From contig JAKMXF010000077.1 in assembly GCA_024704765.1 (NCBI GenBank), positions 850,534 to 914,533 on the forward strand: a stretch of 64,000 nt of DNA, written 5' to 3'. Both the position numbers and the translations under genes were made by a program. Below the pieces are notes generated by a model, which had not been told where the DNA came from, ran no database searches, and saw only the letters and a program-made list of their open reading frames with translations. The DNA comes from Oopsacas minuta (taxonomy: Eukaryota > Animalia > Porifera). This document shows positions 13,216 to 25,937 of the stretch, piece after piece (the first letter of the stretch is position 1; each line of letters opens with the position of its first letter).

Positions 13216-14516
13216 CGAGGGTCAGTCCAAAGGTTTGTCGTACGCAAAAAATATAACAATAAATTTCATCAAACTTTTCACAGTTTCTCAAAGTGAAGAC
13301 CACAACAATCAATGCTAAGTAGCATACGATGGAACCAACTGTCGAAACAATTATGCCATTTTCCTCTGGCAGGCCCCAAAGGCCTCCTCAAATGCCAGAC
13401 GAGCCTCTTCAGGACTCTCAAATCTTATTCCACGGATCTTTTCCTTGATTGTTGGGAACAAGAAAAAGTCGCATGGAGCTTAATCTGGACTGTAAGGTGG
13501 ATGCGATACCAACTGGACCGAATTTTCAGCCAGGAAGTCCAATGTTTTGGCTGCTGTGTGTGCAGATGCATTATCGTGGTGAAGGAGAAGTCCTCTGATA
13601 CCGGTCTTAGGGCTACGAGAACTCCAAGCTTCGAAAGCCTTGGGCAGGCAATTGTTAATGTACCAATCAGCATTGATGGTACTATGATCCTCGAGAAGAA
13701 TTATTGCTACTGGGCCAGTCTTACAGAAAAAAGCAGCCACCATCTTCTTCCCAACGCTGCGAGCCCGCGAACTTTAACAGGGGGATCTTCGCCAGGAAAC
13801 GCGCAGATTGAAGATTGCCGCTTTGTTTCTGGATCATACTGATAGATCCATGTCTCATCACATGTTAGTAGGTCTTAAACTTGTTTAGACTCTCCTCCTT
13901 TATATTTCTTGAGCATAAACCTGCACCATTCTACCCTTGCCTCTAATTGCATTTCAAAGAGATAATGAGGGATCCATCGGGCCGCAAGCCTTATGACACC
14001 AAGATAATCATGTAGAATAGTATTGATGGCGGCTTTCCCGATCTTTAGGGTCTCAGCAAACTGCTCATAGTTAATGCGGCTATCCTCTCTGACTAATGTC
14101 TCGGCAGCAGCAATAGTCTCTGGAGTGACGGCGGTTGAAGGTAGCCCAGACCTAGCCTCATCTTGTAATGACGTTCTCTCCCTCCTGAAATCTAGATACC
14201 AACGCTCCACTGTACACTTAGATGGAGCTTGATCTTGGAAAGCTTCCACCAAGTTATCATGACTCTGCTCCACTGATATCTTACGCATAAAGTCATAAAA
14301 CATCATGGCTCTAAAATCCCTTCTTTCCAGTTCCATTCAGTAATAATATAATCTGTATATATGCTTATGGATAAAATAGCGCTACTCAGAAAATAAGATT
14401 TGAATATAACTGAAATTAATTGTAGTCATTATATAAATCTAAGTATATAGGGTTGTAGTTATTTGATGCAGACAAAATAGAATCTTTGTATGACGAAACT
14501 TTTGGACTGACCCTCG
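13216..14516 (-). mobile_element. mariner (DD34D) element, defective
   Basis: TA TSDs. TIRs CGAGGGTCAGTCCAAAGG / rc CGAGGGTCAGTCCAAAAG. Length 1301 bp. Confidence 0.93.
13278..14336 (-). pseudogene. mariner Mos1-like transposase pseudogene
   Basis: HTH region MELERRDFRAMMFYDF, ARWIPH, HHDNASAHT...HPPYSPD*APCDFF (D34D spacing) and C-terminus HFEKL*. Premature stops present. Confidence 0.9.
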
Positions 14517-16599
14517 TATCATCAATTAAAGCTATATACCAAAACACTATTATTCAAGTAGCGTAATTTTTTATTCATTATTATCAAATCTAGAGTTTTT
14601 ATCATCAGTATTTTCAGTTATCACTAGAATATGTTTCAATGCGCTTGCATTGCAACCGAGGCTGTGTCGAAATTACATCTACATTTCACATAATTTAGGA
14701 AAAACTTACATGTTACAATAATTACATTCAAGGATAGTAGATTATTCCTTTGTAAAATAAACTCAAATTCGGGCTCCAAATTTGGCCAAAATAGTCCTAA
14801 AAGCCTATGACGGAATCAAATGATGACAAATTCAAAATTATACGTGGTACACATGCTTTGATACCATTTATGTATGTATTAGTACTGCATTTAAGTGCGT
14901 AACTTACACAGTGAATGTGATGAGCACCTCAATAATATAATGTAGATATCTATATGAATCCATGCCATCAATTTTTATACAAGAAATTTATAGTTTTGAG
15001 TAAGTTTTCCCACATAAATATATTTCAAATAATATCATCGCATTTGACAATATATCGAGGTTAGATTCACTATCATCAAAATTTAGATAAAAATGTTGAT
15101 TAGCTTTACTTAGGCCCTCAATGTTAGAATCTCTCAAATTTGACTATTATTATTAATACCCAAAATCTTCTAAAATAGTGAAAATGCTGGTAGCCAAATG
15201 CGAGTATCCTCTTGGAGGTGTTGATCATTTTATTTTAAGAATTGTAAGAATCCTCCCTTTCGATTAAATTTGATATTTAGTAATTTTAGCAAATGTCAGG
15301 GGAAGCCCGGAGGCTTACCTGGGGTTCCTGTAGGTGTGATCCGGACTTATCCTGATGCTTATGGATACTTTGAAACGTTTTAGCTAACCTTCGTCGAAAT
15401 TTTCGAACTGTCTTTTGAAGTCTTGATGTACAGTTATGGGCGATTCAAAATTTAATTTCGTGTCCCGGTTCCCCAGTTTCAGGGGTCCTGATTTATTTCT
15501 TCCTGGTTCCCAAAGTGCCAGAGAAAAGTTACAACGTCACATGTAGAGCCTAAATATATATTTATCTTGGAGTATTACATAACTGTCATTTATGCCGCAC
15601 AATATCAAACATCTCACTATCGAATTGCCCTTTTGCTACAGATTATTTGGAGTTGATGGTAGTGAATTAACTAATCTATACAAATATTGCATAGATTCGG
15701 TCTGGATTTCTCCTTATAGTTCAATTTTCCAAATTCTCTGTTGTTTAGAGGCTGTATCTTATGTGTAACCATGTAAATATATTATATGTTAATAAGCATC
15801 TTTTTTTGCAATTTTAATTTATTCACTCTCTTTAACAAATTTGGTTATTCCCAGTCGATCTTTTGCAGTATGCTTACTGCTACAGCTCTTCGCAACCTGC
15901 GGCAATATCTTCTGTACTTCATGCCTCGGATTTTTCTTAATTATGGAACGGCTAAATTTCTCATTGTGATTTTGATCGCTATCAAGGTATATACTTGGTG
16001 ATATGTACGACAAATATATAAACAGGGGAATTATAAAGAATATATTGTTCATGGTCCTGCCAAATTACTTTGTACCTTTTCCTGTGGTTCCACTGTTTCT
16101 GCTACCTAGGTTTGGCTTATTCATCTGTTATTCATTCGTCGAGTATTTCGAATTCTCAATTTTGAAATTTGGAAAATTTTTCATTTTGTTAAGGCTGTTA
16201 ACATAATAGTGCCATGGTGAGTCAGCATTTGGGCAAAGTGACGAAGTCCAGACATTTCGCCTAATGTGGGGTACCTTTGATTGAAATTTCATCTATCTAT
16301 CATACTTATTGGCTAAGCAGTGTTATTTATGTGATTTTTCGATAATCAAAAATTGTGACAATTGTTCATAATTTCGTCATACATGTGAATTTTGTTTCAA
16401 GACGCGAACTTGTCGGAGCCAGGCACAAATTACACTCAAACGCCAAAGCTAGTCCCTTTTCAGGCCTCTGTCTTCAGTTTCTTGACTCAATTCTGAATTT
16501 ACCTACAGATTCATATTTGACTATACCTTTTATATCCCAGGTTTACGAAATTGTTTTGTTGGTATCGATAAGTAATTCATTTCCTTAGCTAACATCTAA

Positions 16600-17478
16600 A
16601 TGCCTATTTTCACCTGCTGCCAATTTAACCCACTGTGGTTCCCATCCTTGATTCAGGTTATTTGTTTGTATCGGTTAAATGTGCATTTCAATATTTTAAC
16701 GTTACCATATTTTTCATTTCATTTAGCTGCTGTGCACCTCCTGGATTATGACCGTTTGGTTAACTTTGGTGGGCTTCCAACTCTTGACTCCTCGCGTATT
16801 AAGTTAGAAGCAGACTCGTTTAGCATTCTTTTTGATAATATACATGCTACTGTATTCTTAGAGGCAAATTTTATGGATCTTGGAATAAAGCTTTCTCTAA
16901 ACGAACACGCAGGTGAGCATGAAATCCTTAAAGATCACGACATATTAGCCTTAGAAAGTTACTTCCATTCGAGTAAAATTACAGCGCCAATGTTCAGTAG
17001 TAATGCCTTATGTTGCTATCTGAAACTAATGAGTTCTCATGCAAACCTTATTCAAACTGCAGCATTTATCTTCCGAAATTTCAAGAATCCACCAAGTGAT
17101 TGGTTATGGCAACCAGAACTTTGCCTTACTGTACCTGAACATTCACTAATCATGCCTTCTGATGATTTGTCAATAAATCCTGGATTTACTTGCTTGTTTA
17201 GTTTTGCAATCAAGAAGATGTACATGCTATATTTGAGATTTTTACCATTGAAACAAGATCATGGTCCCATTCTTGATCTCATATTCATCTATGATTACAA
17301 ACTGAATAGAATTGACATGAAAACTTATGGTATATCAACACCTGGAAATTTTGATTTAATTGGTTCTTCCATCCGTCATATCTTAAGTAAGGTTAATTCA
17401 AATATTTCTGAGACCGACGATGCAGAATGTTCCCTTTTGTTAGCTGTTAAAGAGATCTCTAAACATTTGGAAATTTAA
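16600..17478 (+). CDS. MED14: Mediator of RNA polymerase II transcription subunit 14, C-terminal region (terminal exon or fragment; 5' boundary uncertain)
   Basis: From recall of the MED14 C-terminus: [28 protein letters not shown] resembles [37 protein letters not shown] resembles WNVQFCLTIPP, and the terminal [17 protein letters not shown] resembles ECTIFAAVRDLMANLTL. Residues before ~16727 look intronic (polypyrimidine then TTTAG at 16726). Confidence 0.7.
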   Translation: [292 protein letters not shown]

Positions 17479-19109
17479 TTGTTGAATATTTAAATTGTAT
17501 AATTATATTTACTATTGTAGTCATCTATAATTGTACAACTTTGCCCTGCTTTTCGAGAGGATTGCTGTGCATAATTCACGAGATGTAGGGGTTTTCTCAT
17601 TAACAAAAATTTACCTAAATGATTGCATCCTTAGAATATTACGGATATACTTATATAAGACTCTCTTTCGCCGCTGCTTTGAGGCAGGATTCTACTAGTT
17701 ACACCATTGTAATCCGAATCTAGGAAGTTATTACCTTCAAATATCTGAACAACCGTTGTTCAATATTTATGCTATTATATAAACCTTTTTCCATACATGT
17801 ATATAATCTTTTACTTATATTATTACCGATAATTTCCTAAATTGGCATTGTGATTTGATATACAATCTACTCTGCTTAATTGGGTCACCGGTTAATCCAG
17901 AAAATCGTTTAATTGGAACAAATTTCCAGAAACGGAATCATTTCCATTAAACTTAATGCTCAAAACGTTCTGTTAACCGTGATAACCGTGTGAACAGTCT
18001 ATCTTTTCTCAAGTCTATAATTCTCTTGATTTAGGAAATCCAAATATGCTGAATAGATGGACAAAATTTGGGATTATTTTTGGCAAATCAATCCTTTTAT
18101 TAGGTTTGCTTACTTTGCTTTCAATAATGTTTCACTAAAGGTACCAAACTATCCTCAAATGTCAAATTCAGATCATTGGAGTGTTAGTCTCCGCCATACG
18201 CATACAGTGGTTAAATTACTTTATGGTTTATGGCCCATAAATATATTTTCGGGTAATTTGGAACTCCGCTTCAGGAAAAAAGGGCTGGAACCAATAGGTC
18301 CCCTTTTATCGGAGTTGAATGTACACTATTTAATAATTAGGCACTCTGGACAGCTTATTTGCATTGAATTTCCAGTATAGCCTATACAGAGATATGACAA
18401 TTACGTCATAAATTCGTTATATGTGTGAATTTTGGTCCAAGTCTCGACCTTGTCAGAACCAGTGCAAAAATGGCCCAGTATATCCAAAATCAGCCCCTTG
18501 TGTATTCAAGTTCTTGAATTAATTTGAAACATACAAACAGATATATTTGTTTATATAGATACTACCTATATCTCTACAATTAAATCGAAATTGTTTTATG
18601 TGCACATCAAGGATTTTCTAGAGTGCGGAAGCTCCTCAATGCCTATGATTTTTGATGAACTTGTATTTGGTGCAAATTGATTATATTTCCCCTATACCAT
18701 AACACTGATTTACTTGTTTGGGCGTAAGCAGATTCGGGAGGAGCATGGTGGAGAAATCCTATAAACTTCCGTGTATGTGTATAATTATGTCAAGTATTAT
18801 TTATATATCTTTCTATTTGGAATTAATAGAAGATGCTGGAGGACTCCAGGTATTATTTTGGCATACAGAGGTATTTGGGCATCCCTCAGACCTGTTTGAG
18901 TCTTGGACAAAAACTCACAATAATGACGAAATTATGACGTAAGTATTTTGGATTTTGAGAAAACACATTATCAGCCATTACTCAGCCAATATACATCATA
19001 GACATTTGGAAATTTAACCAAATATGTCAATATATATTCCAAATGTCCTGACGACATTAGTGTTATAATTCCAACTTATAGTATGGTTCGAAATCCCGAA
19101 AGTGAGCTA

Positions 19110-19380
19110 GAAATTGGGTGTTGAGTCATTTGTTGTTGACTTTAAGGGAATCAGTGTTATTATGATAATTCGAACCTGCTGAGTCCGAGAATAGCTGTTC
19201 ACATGCTGAAATATGACGTATTAACCTTCAAAATATCTATTCTTGCGGCTGTCGAAGAATATTTGATATCTCCCCATGCGATAACCTTTTTAAAATATCA
19301 TTGAATCAACTTTTAGCCACCAGATTCGTACTCAGCATAAAATTATCACAATTTTACGGTTCGCTTGACCTTATTAGGAC
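19110..19380. repeat. Old dispersed repeat; inverted partner at ~22430-22690
   Basis: AAATATGACGTATTAACC...GCGGCTGTCGAAG...CCACCAGATTCGTACTCAGC matches the reverse complement of 22430-22600 at roughly 75% by eye. Confidence 0.55.
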
Positions 19381-19509
19381 TTATATTTTTCTCTAGCAAC
19401 GCAGGAATGTAGTGACATTTCATTCTCTAATTCGTCCCAGCCCTATCGAGTCGCCCCTTGTTCGACGCCGCTAGGCTGTTTCTGTTTATGCACACACGGA
19501 CCCGCTACT

Positions 19510-21848
19510 CAGTGTTACTCAAACTTTTTCACTAACTGTCCTAATTCGTTCATATATTCCCAGCCCCCCTTCTCGTATTACTGACTAAACATACTATAAC
19601 AAATTTGGACCACACATTTATTAGTATGTTTATGTATCAATTTTAATAGTATATGGAGGACTATAATTCACTCGCAGTTATTTTATTTTTTCTGATGTTC
19701 CTGATTAATGGGATCCCAGAAATTGGTGCTACCAACAATCTTTGCCACATCTGGTTCAATTTTAGTTAAAATTCAACGCAAATCGCCTAATTTCGTGATT
19801 TGCAATCTCTTTCGCTGTTGGTTTGTAGTCTCATTACTGCCCCAAAGCGCTTCTCAACTAAGTATGAAGTAGGAAATTCAAGAATTGGAAGCCTCGTCCT
19901 CGGCCACAATAAGGGTAAGCAAAAATATTCTTCGTTTACACCCAAAAGCTTGAATACCAAATTTATCAAATTCTATTCGAGTTTAGAGATCTGCTTGCAG
20001 CTCAGAGTTGCTCTTGAATTTCTAACTCCACCACCTGTAGTTTTGTATACGTATATGGGCGCATTACCCAAACTGGTACGGTTATTTGGATTCAAGCCTT
20101 AAATCGGATTAGCATGTCTTCACTCATTGGTCGAGATACGAAGCAAATGTTCGTATTTGTCTGTCAGTTATATCAGGAACTCCTTGCAGAGAAGGGAACT
20201 GGCAAACTCTCTACGACAGATATTCTAATTATACAAAGCTAGTTTGCTTATGAAAGTTACAACAACTGACTTCGTTTTGATTAATATATTGTCCTTGAAG
20301 CTTTAGATTTAACAAATTCAACTTACCAAATATGCAAAATAAGGAAAGCGATATCATGGTGTCATATTATATTTCATCCGACAGTTCGAGATTCAAACCA
20401 TCCAGAAACTGGACTATGGTATCAAATAATTCAATGAACCGTTTTAAGCAGTTTCTCTTTGACAACCATCTGACTTCTGTGTGAAGGATTAGTCGTTCGA
20501 AATGTTCATCATTCTCATAACAAACCTGTTGAAAGAGACGAACTTTTAGTGCTCGTGTTTTGATACTATTAATTGCGGTGATGACAATTTGAAATGAAGA
20601 ATTAGCTGATCAAAAACTTCTTGGCTACCAAGTGTTGAAGGTGTATTACTCAATATATGAAAATATGTTACGAACTGCTGCCTTTAATAGAGCAATAAAT
20701 CCACAAGAGCAACCAATTATTGAAGGAGTACCATCCGTTGAGCATGCCACAATGATCGGCAAGTGTATTATGTAATGTTCAAAAATGATTTAGCCACTTC
20801 AAATATAGATTCCCCCCTAGTATCGGTATCTAATGATTTGGCAAATAGTAACTCTTCCAATGCTGCTCCGTCTTTGTAAAATGTACGTATCCAAGGAATA
20901 GTGCTTCATTGTCACAAAGAGTTGAGTCATCCAGTCGTAGGCTAAATATTGTAGTTTAGAGGATGATAATTAACTGAAGTTTCCACATCACTCGCGATCT
21001 CTTCAATTCTCCTAGTAACTGTATCATTACTCAAGGGATGGATCTAAGAATCTGGGTGGCAGTTTGGTTCATCACAGTCTCGCCAATACTATGTTGTTTC
21101 ACATCTTTCTAAATTAATTTGAAATATTGTAGGAAGCTAACATTCCCTCTTTGTTCTTAGTATTTCCTTTCTTAAACATGTTAGAGTATTTCGTTTCATT
21201 ATTTATGCCTTAAAATTTCCGAAAAAAGCAATGTCTTTGTTGCTATGGAGGATGTTTTATCGAAAAATGTTCTTTCAGTCTTGATGATTTCATTACTTCA
21301 TTGGAAAAACTTGTTCGCAAATCACGTACAAATAATCGACGGAATAATGCCGACATTTGTTTCACCAGAAGTAACCATTTTGTTCTTCGCAATTTGATAT
21401 AATTGGTGATATGGTACATCATAGATATATTCGGAAATTTCTAATATTTCTAATACTATTCCTCCAATCTTGTGTATACAATTTCGAGGTAAATCAACGT
21501 CGTATGGAGCGCTAATGATATATTTACAATATGAATCCTGTTTTAATTTCATTGTGCTAAGCAAGTATAATTTTCTATTCATTTATAACAGTTCACTGTA
21601 AATAAATTCGAACAAGTGCCTTTGTAATTGACTGGTTCGACAATGGAACCTGAATAAGCTTTTTATCATGATACTATACAATATGTAATCCTCTATTTAT
21701 CATATTAAATCTTCCATCCCAAATAACACAGTAATTATGATTTAAAATATTCTCCTAGCCCCCCCTCACCGTCCCCTTCGAACCTAGCGCTGCCATATGC
21801 TCTCCGAACTCCCCCGGTAGGAAGCAGAACCACAGTTGTGAACTATTG
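19510..21848 (-). mobile_element. Old hAT (Buster/ZBED5-SCAND3-like) element, heavily decayed
   Basis: Ends CAGTGTTACTCAAAC (19510) and rc CAATAGTTCACAAC (21848). Minus-strand motifs PLSNDTV, LDDST, ACSTDG, EVRWLS, FPTSYLVEKRF and GDLR*ILTKIEPD. TSD not recognisable. Confidence 0.7.
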
Positions 21849-23050
21849 CTCGAACTGATTTATTAGCACTATATTTTGATCGACCTCAACGGTCCCCTCA
21901 ATTTGTCTTGCATTAAAGATAACTTGTTTTCATGGGAATAGAGGATTTCTACACAGTGGGTAGTCGTTTCATTGTCTCAGACTACCACCGGCCTGCCAGT
22001 GAATAGAATATCTGTTATCCCCATTAAAACAAGTCATCTTTCAGGGTAAATCATAAGATGTGAGTAAATCATAAGATGTAGGTAATATATACTAATCAAA
22101 CTACACGTTTCAGCATGAATATTTGGGCCAGTTACAGAGATCTAGACCATATGGTAAATGAATAAATTTGAAACTACTTATTTAACAAAACCGACAATAA
22201 TATCGTGTATTCATCTTAATTTATATGAAATTTCTCAAAAAATTGGGAGACTATTGAGGTAGATCCAATATAATCGTAATAATAAATCAGTTAGATGGTT
22301 GTATGTGAGTAACTAGACTTAGATAGCCTAGCGGCGGCGAACAAGGGTCACCAGATAGGGTTAGGACAAATTTTGAGAATGGGGTGTCACTAAATTCCAG
22401 CGTTGCTAGAGAAAAAATCTATCCTAATATGGCCAAGTGACCCGTAAAATGGGGGAAACTTTAGGCTGAGTACAAATCTGGTGGTTAAAAATTGACTAGA
22501 TGATTTTTGAAAAGGTTGTCCCATGGGCGATATATCATAATTTCCTCGACAGCCGCTGTTAAAAAGATACTTATTGGAGGTCAATACGTCATATTTACAC
22601 TTGTGAAATAGCAATTTCGAATATTTATCCCCAAAGATTGGTTCCCAAAAATTAGCAACAAATGCCTTGCACCTCTAATTTCAGTCAATTGAGCCAGATA
22701 ATTGGCATCTAATTATTAACTTATCATGACAGTACAAAACACAATATACTTACTACTCGGAGTGCGTAGTTGACAGTTTACTAGCTAATAGCCACTTATC
22801 AGCTCCAAAGAAGGTCTTTAACTGTCATTAAGGTTTACCATTGATAACAAAAATATTAAAACTCCAGCTATTTTGTGAATTAGAGTCCTGTAGCGTTAAA
22901 GATAAATTGCTGCTTAGCTAATAACTACAATAAGAAATTTAGCTGTTAAATACCTACACCTGTCGAACTAAGCGGTCGCACATCATCTTAGCAAGAACAA
23001 CGCGCTAGTCTACTATTAAAATATTTATCTCTGTTATATGCATGCATATA

Positions 23051-23233
23051 GAGTGGAGTTTCCCAAAACGGACACTCCGAAAAGCATACAACACCTCTAC
23101 AACGGACAAGCTCAGAACGAAATAAGTTAATAATTCATGTAACTGATACTTACTCAATCTCTAAGAAGTGGACATCTCAGCTACAAATGAAATATCTAAT
23201 CCCCAATAAATCCGTCATTGGGAGAATCCACTG
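23051..23233. mobile_element. pogo/Tigger-type MITE, same family as 54037-54864
   Basis: GAGTGGAGTTTCCCAAAACGGACACTCCG at left (nearly identical to the left end of 54037); GGGAGAATCCACTG at right. Confidence 0.6.
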
Positions 23234-23293
23234 CGTATATATTGTGTTGTAATAGTATAGATTAAAAGTTAAGTCCATAGCTATTAACAATTA

Positions 23294-25937
23294 CAGGGTG
23301 CCTCAAAGATTCTGCGACAAATTTTTACATACATTTTTTATATCAAACCATAATTTACTGCTGATAAATTCATACTATGAACAAGGCTATAAAATATATT
23401 TAATATGCTGTGATAGTTCAATCCTAGTCTATTGTTATGTCTGGTATCTCAACTACAACAAAAGAGGTCTCCTACTAGGGCGTTCAATAAGTCTTACGGG
23501 TGATATCATAGAATGTGATACAAACACTATACACACTAATTCACTATATTGTTTATTCAAAGTAATCCCCTCCTGCAGATACACAAAGTTTTAACCTTTC
23601 CACCCACTTGTAAAGCACATTTCTGTACTCTTCTTCGGGGTTGGATTTGAAGTACTGGTACAGGCCCGTTTCGAGTGCTTGTAATGTGTTAAAATCTTTG
23701 CCTTGAAGGTAGATTTTAAGCTTGAGGAATAGCCAAAAATCACACGGAGCTAGGTCTCATGAGTATGGTGGATGGGGAAGTAATTCTAACCCTCCTACAT
23801 TCAAGAAAATTTTGGTAAGCTTAGCAGTATGGGAACTGGCGTTATCAATTAAATCTTCATTCCTCGAGTTCGGGTTTTCGGGCGGTACTTTTCTATATTT
23901 TTTATCAAATTTGGAAGCACTTGCTCTGTAAAGAAAGTTGCAATAACACCTTTGCCACTCTCACAAGGTAATTGCAAGACAATTCCATGACTACTGAAGA
24001 AGATGGTATACATAATCTTAGGTTTTCTGAAGTCGGACCGAGGAATTTTCGCCGGTTGTTCATCGCGCCTCACCCATGATCGCTTCTTATACTTGCTATA
24101 GGGTGTTGAATTGTACACCCACGTCCCGTCACCAGTAATAATCTCTGTTAGGCGTCTAGAATCGCAGTTCTCATAAGTTTCCAAGAGTTTCTTGGCAATA
24201 TTCAGTCGTACCAACCTTTGATTCTCACTGAGCTTATGCGGGACCCATTTCCCACAAATCGATCGGTAGCCAAGCTCAGTCGTCAGAATTGTATGAATAG
24301 CTCCCGATAAAATTTCCATACTTTGTTCTAACTGATTAACAATAATGCACTTGTCTTCCATAACCATACTTTCAATAAGTGCGATATACTCTGAAGTGGT
24401 GGCGGATACCGGTCTTCCAGACCGAGGCAAATCTATGACATCAGCATCACCAGATCTAAAATGGGAAGCCCCATCGCTCTACAGTAGATCTGGAAGGGCA
24501 ATCCACGCACAATATCTCCTGTAACTCGCTGAAGATCTGTACGGACTGGATCTTGAGTATTGGGCGAAACTCTATGTAAGCTCGTCATTTGAGGTTGAAA
24601 TTATCATCCTTTGAAGCCATAAATTCAACAGTGGGTATAAATTGACTATACGTAACTATCTCAAAAATTCATAATTTGTATTGAATAAGCTTGAAACTTT
24701 CAGTATATGGAGTTTAACTATATGGGCTTATAAAATCTGAAAGTTAGATATATTACTTGACTAATTCCTAAGATATATAATGATCCACAATGCTTATCGA
24801 ACGCCCTGATATTATTATTTTATTTCTAAATGGTAAGAAGCAGAATCAAATTCCAAAAGCCCTTGGTTCACAGAAATTTCACCATCGTTGATATCCTGCA
24901 CGAAAAACGATATATTGAGGCAGGCGATATCGTAGATAAGCAACGATCAGGTCGGCCAAGAACAATTCGGACTCGTGCTAGAAAAAGGTTCGTCATAATT
25001 TAACTCTTTGGCCCACGACGTCCTACCGAAAAGTCGTCCCAAAGGTCGGTATAGATAAGGAATCTACTCGACGGATAATCAAGAAAGACTTAAGTATTAA
25101 ATGTTTCAAACAAAGTTGAGTAGAGTTTCTTAATGTCCAGGTAATTGAAAAGAGAATCCGAAGATGTTGTAGACTGCTGGATCGACTCAAAATGTCAACA
25201 GTGATTCAATTTATTTCGGATGAGAGGATCTTCTGTATTGAGGAGAAGTGGAACTCTCAAAATTCGCGGGTTTGTTCCTTAACCGGTAATGACTTCCCAG
25301 AAAACTTAAGAAGTGTCCAGAAATCACACCCCAAAAGTATTATGTTTTGGGCGAGAATTTCAATTTTGGGAAAACTCCGTTAGGATTCATACTCGAAGGT
25401 ACAAAATTAATGCTCGGGTATACAAAGATCTTAACTGGAGAAACATGTCTTAGCAATTGGTTTGACCTTCATGAACACAAGGCATGGCTATTTCAACATG
25501 GTGCACCGGCTCATACCGCTTAAATATCTCATCATTGGTTGTCAAGTAAGATCTCAGGGTTTTTGAACCGTGACAAATGCACCCCCCCTTCAAGTCCTGA
25601 CCTAAACCCTTGTGATTATTATTTGTGGGGAAGACTAGAGACACTAGTAAACAATAGATCCCACAACAGTATTCCAGCACTAAAACGAGCGTTAAAGGAA
25701 GCTTGCTGTGTAATAGATCAGGATGAGGTCACTCGGGTCTGCAAATTATTCTCGTCCAGATTTAAAGATTGCCTGAAGGCTGGAGGGAATAGATTTGAAA
25801 ACAAAAGAGCCAAAATATTTTCGAATATGATAGTGAGACATAATAGCATTTTCGTAACAAAATATTTGTCTGGTTATATGCTTTACATGCACAAGAATTA
25901 CATTTAAATTTGTTGCAGAACTTTTTGAGGCACCCTG
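23294..25937 (+). mobile_element. Tc1/mariner DD37D(maT)-like element carrying a nested mariner
   Basis: TA TSDs. TIRs CAGGGTGCCTCAAAG / TTTGAGGCACCCTG. + strand transposase remnants at ~24850-25800 (FSDERIFCIEEKWNSQNSRV, GAPAHTA, PPSSPDLNPCDYYLWG). Confidence 0.85.
23475..24809 (-). mobile_element. mariner (DD34D) element nested inside the DD37D-like element
   Basis: TA-flanked TIRs CTAGGGCGTTCAATAAG / rc TCAGGGCGTTCGATAAG. ORF 23849-24430 has PRSGRP, KWVPHKL and IITGDGTWVY; further downstream HPPYS*DLAPCDFWLF. Confidence 0.88.

Noticed and set aside
13312-13842. 176-aa + strand ORF
   Set aside because: Antisense shadow of the mariner transposase. The same applies to 23298-23931 (+), 28279-28509 (-), 38001-38948 (+) and 60236-61198 (+).
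15786-16588. Short ORFs as upstream MED14 exons
   Set aside because: Only faint resemblance in hand translation, and every tried GT-AG combination with good splice sites hit a stop. Not reported as CDS.
22324-22334. Pol III A-box-like TAGCCTAGCGG (and a B-box-like GGGATCGAATC at 42640-42650)
   Set aside because: Neither has its partner box at a suitable distance or a cloverleaf, so no tRNA or SINE call is supportable.
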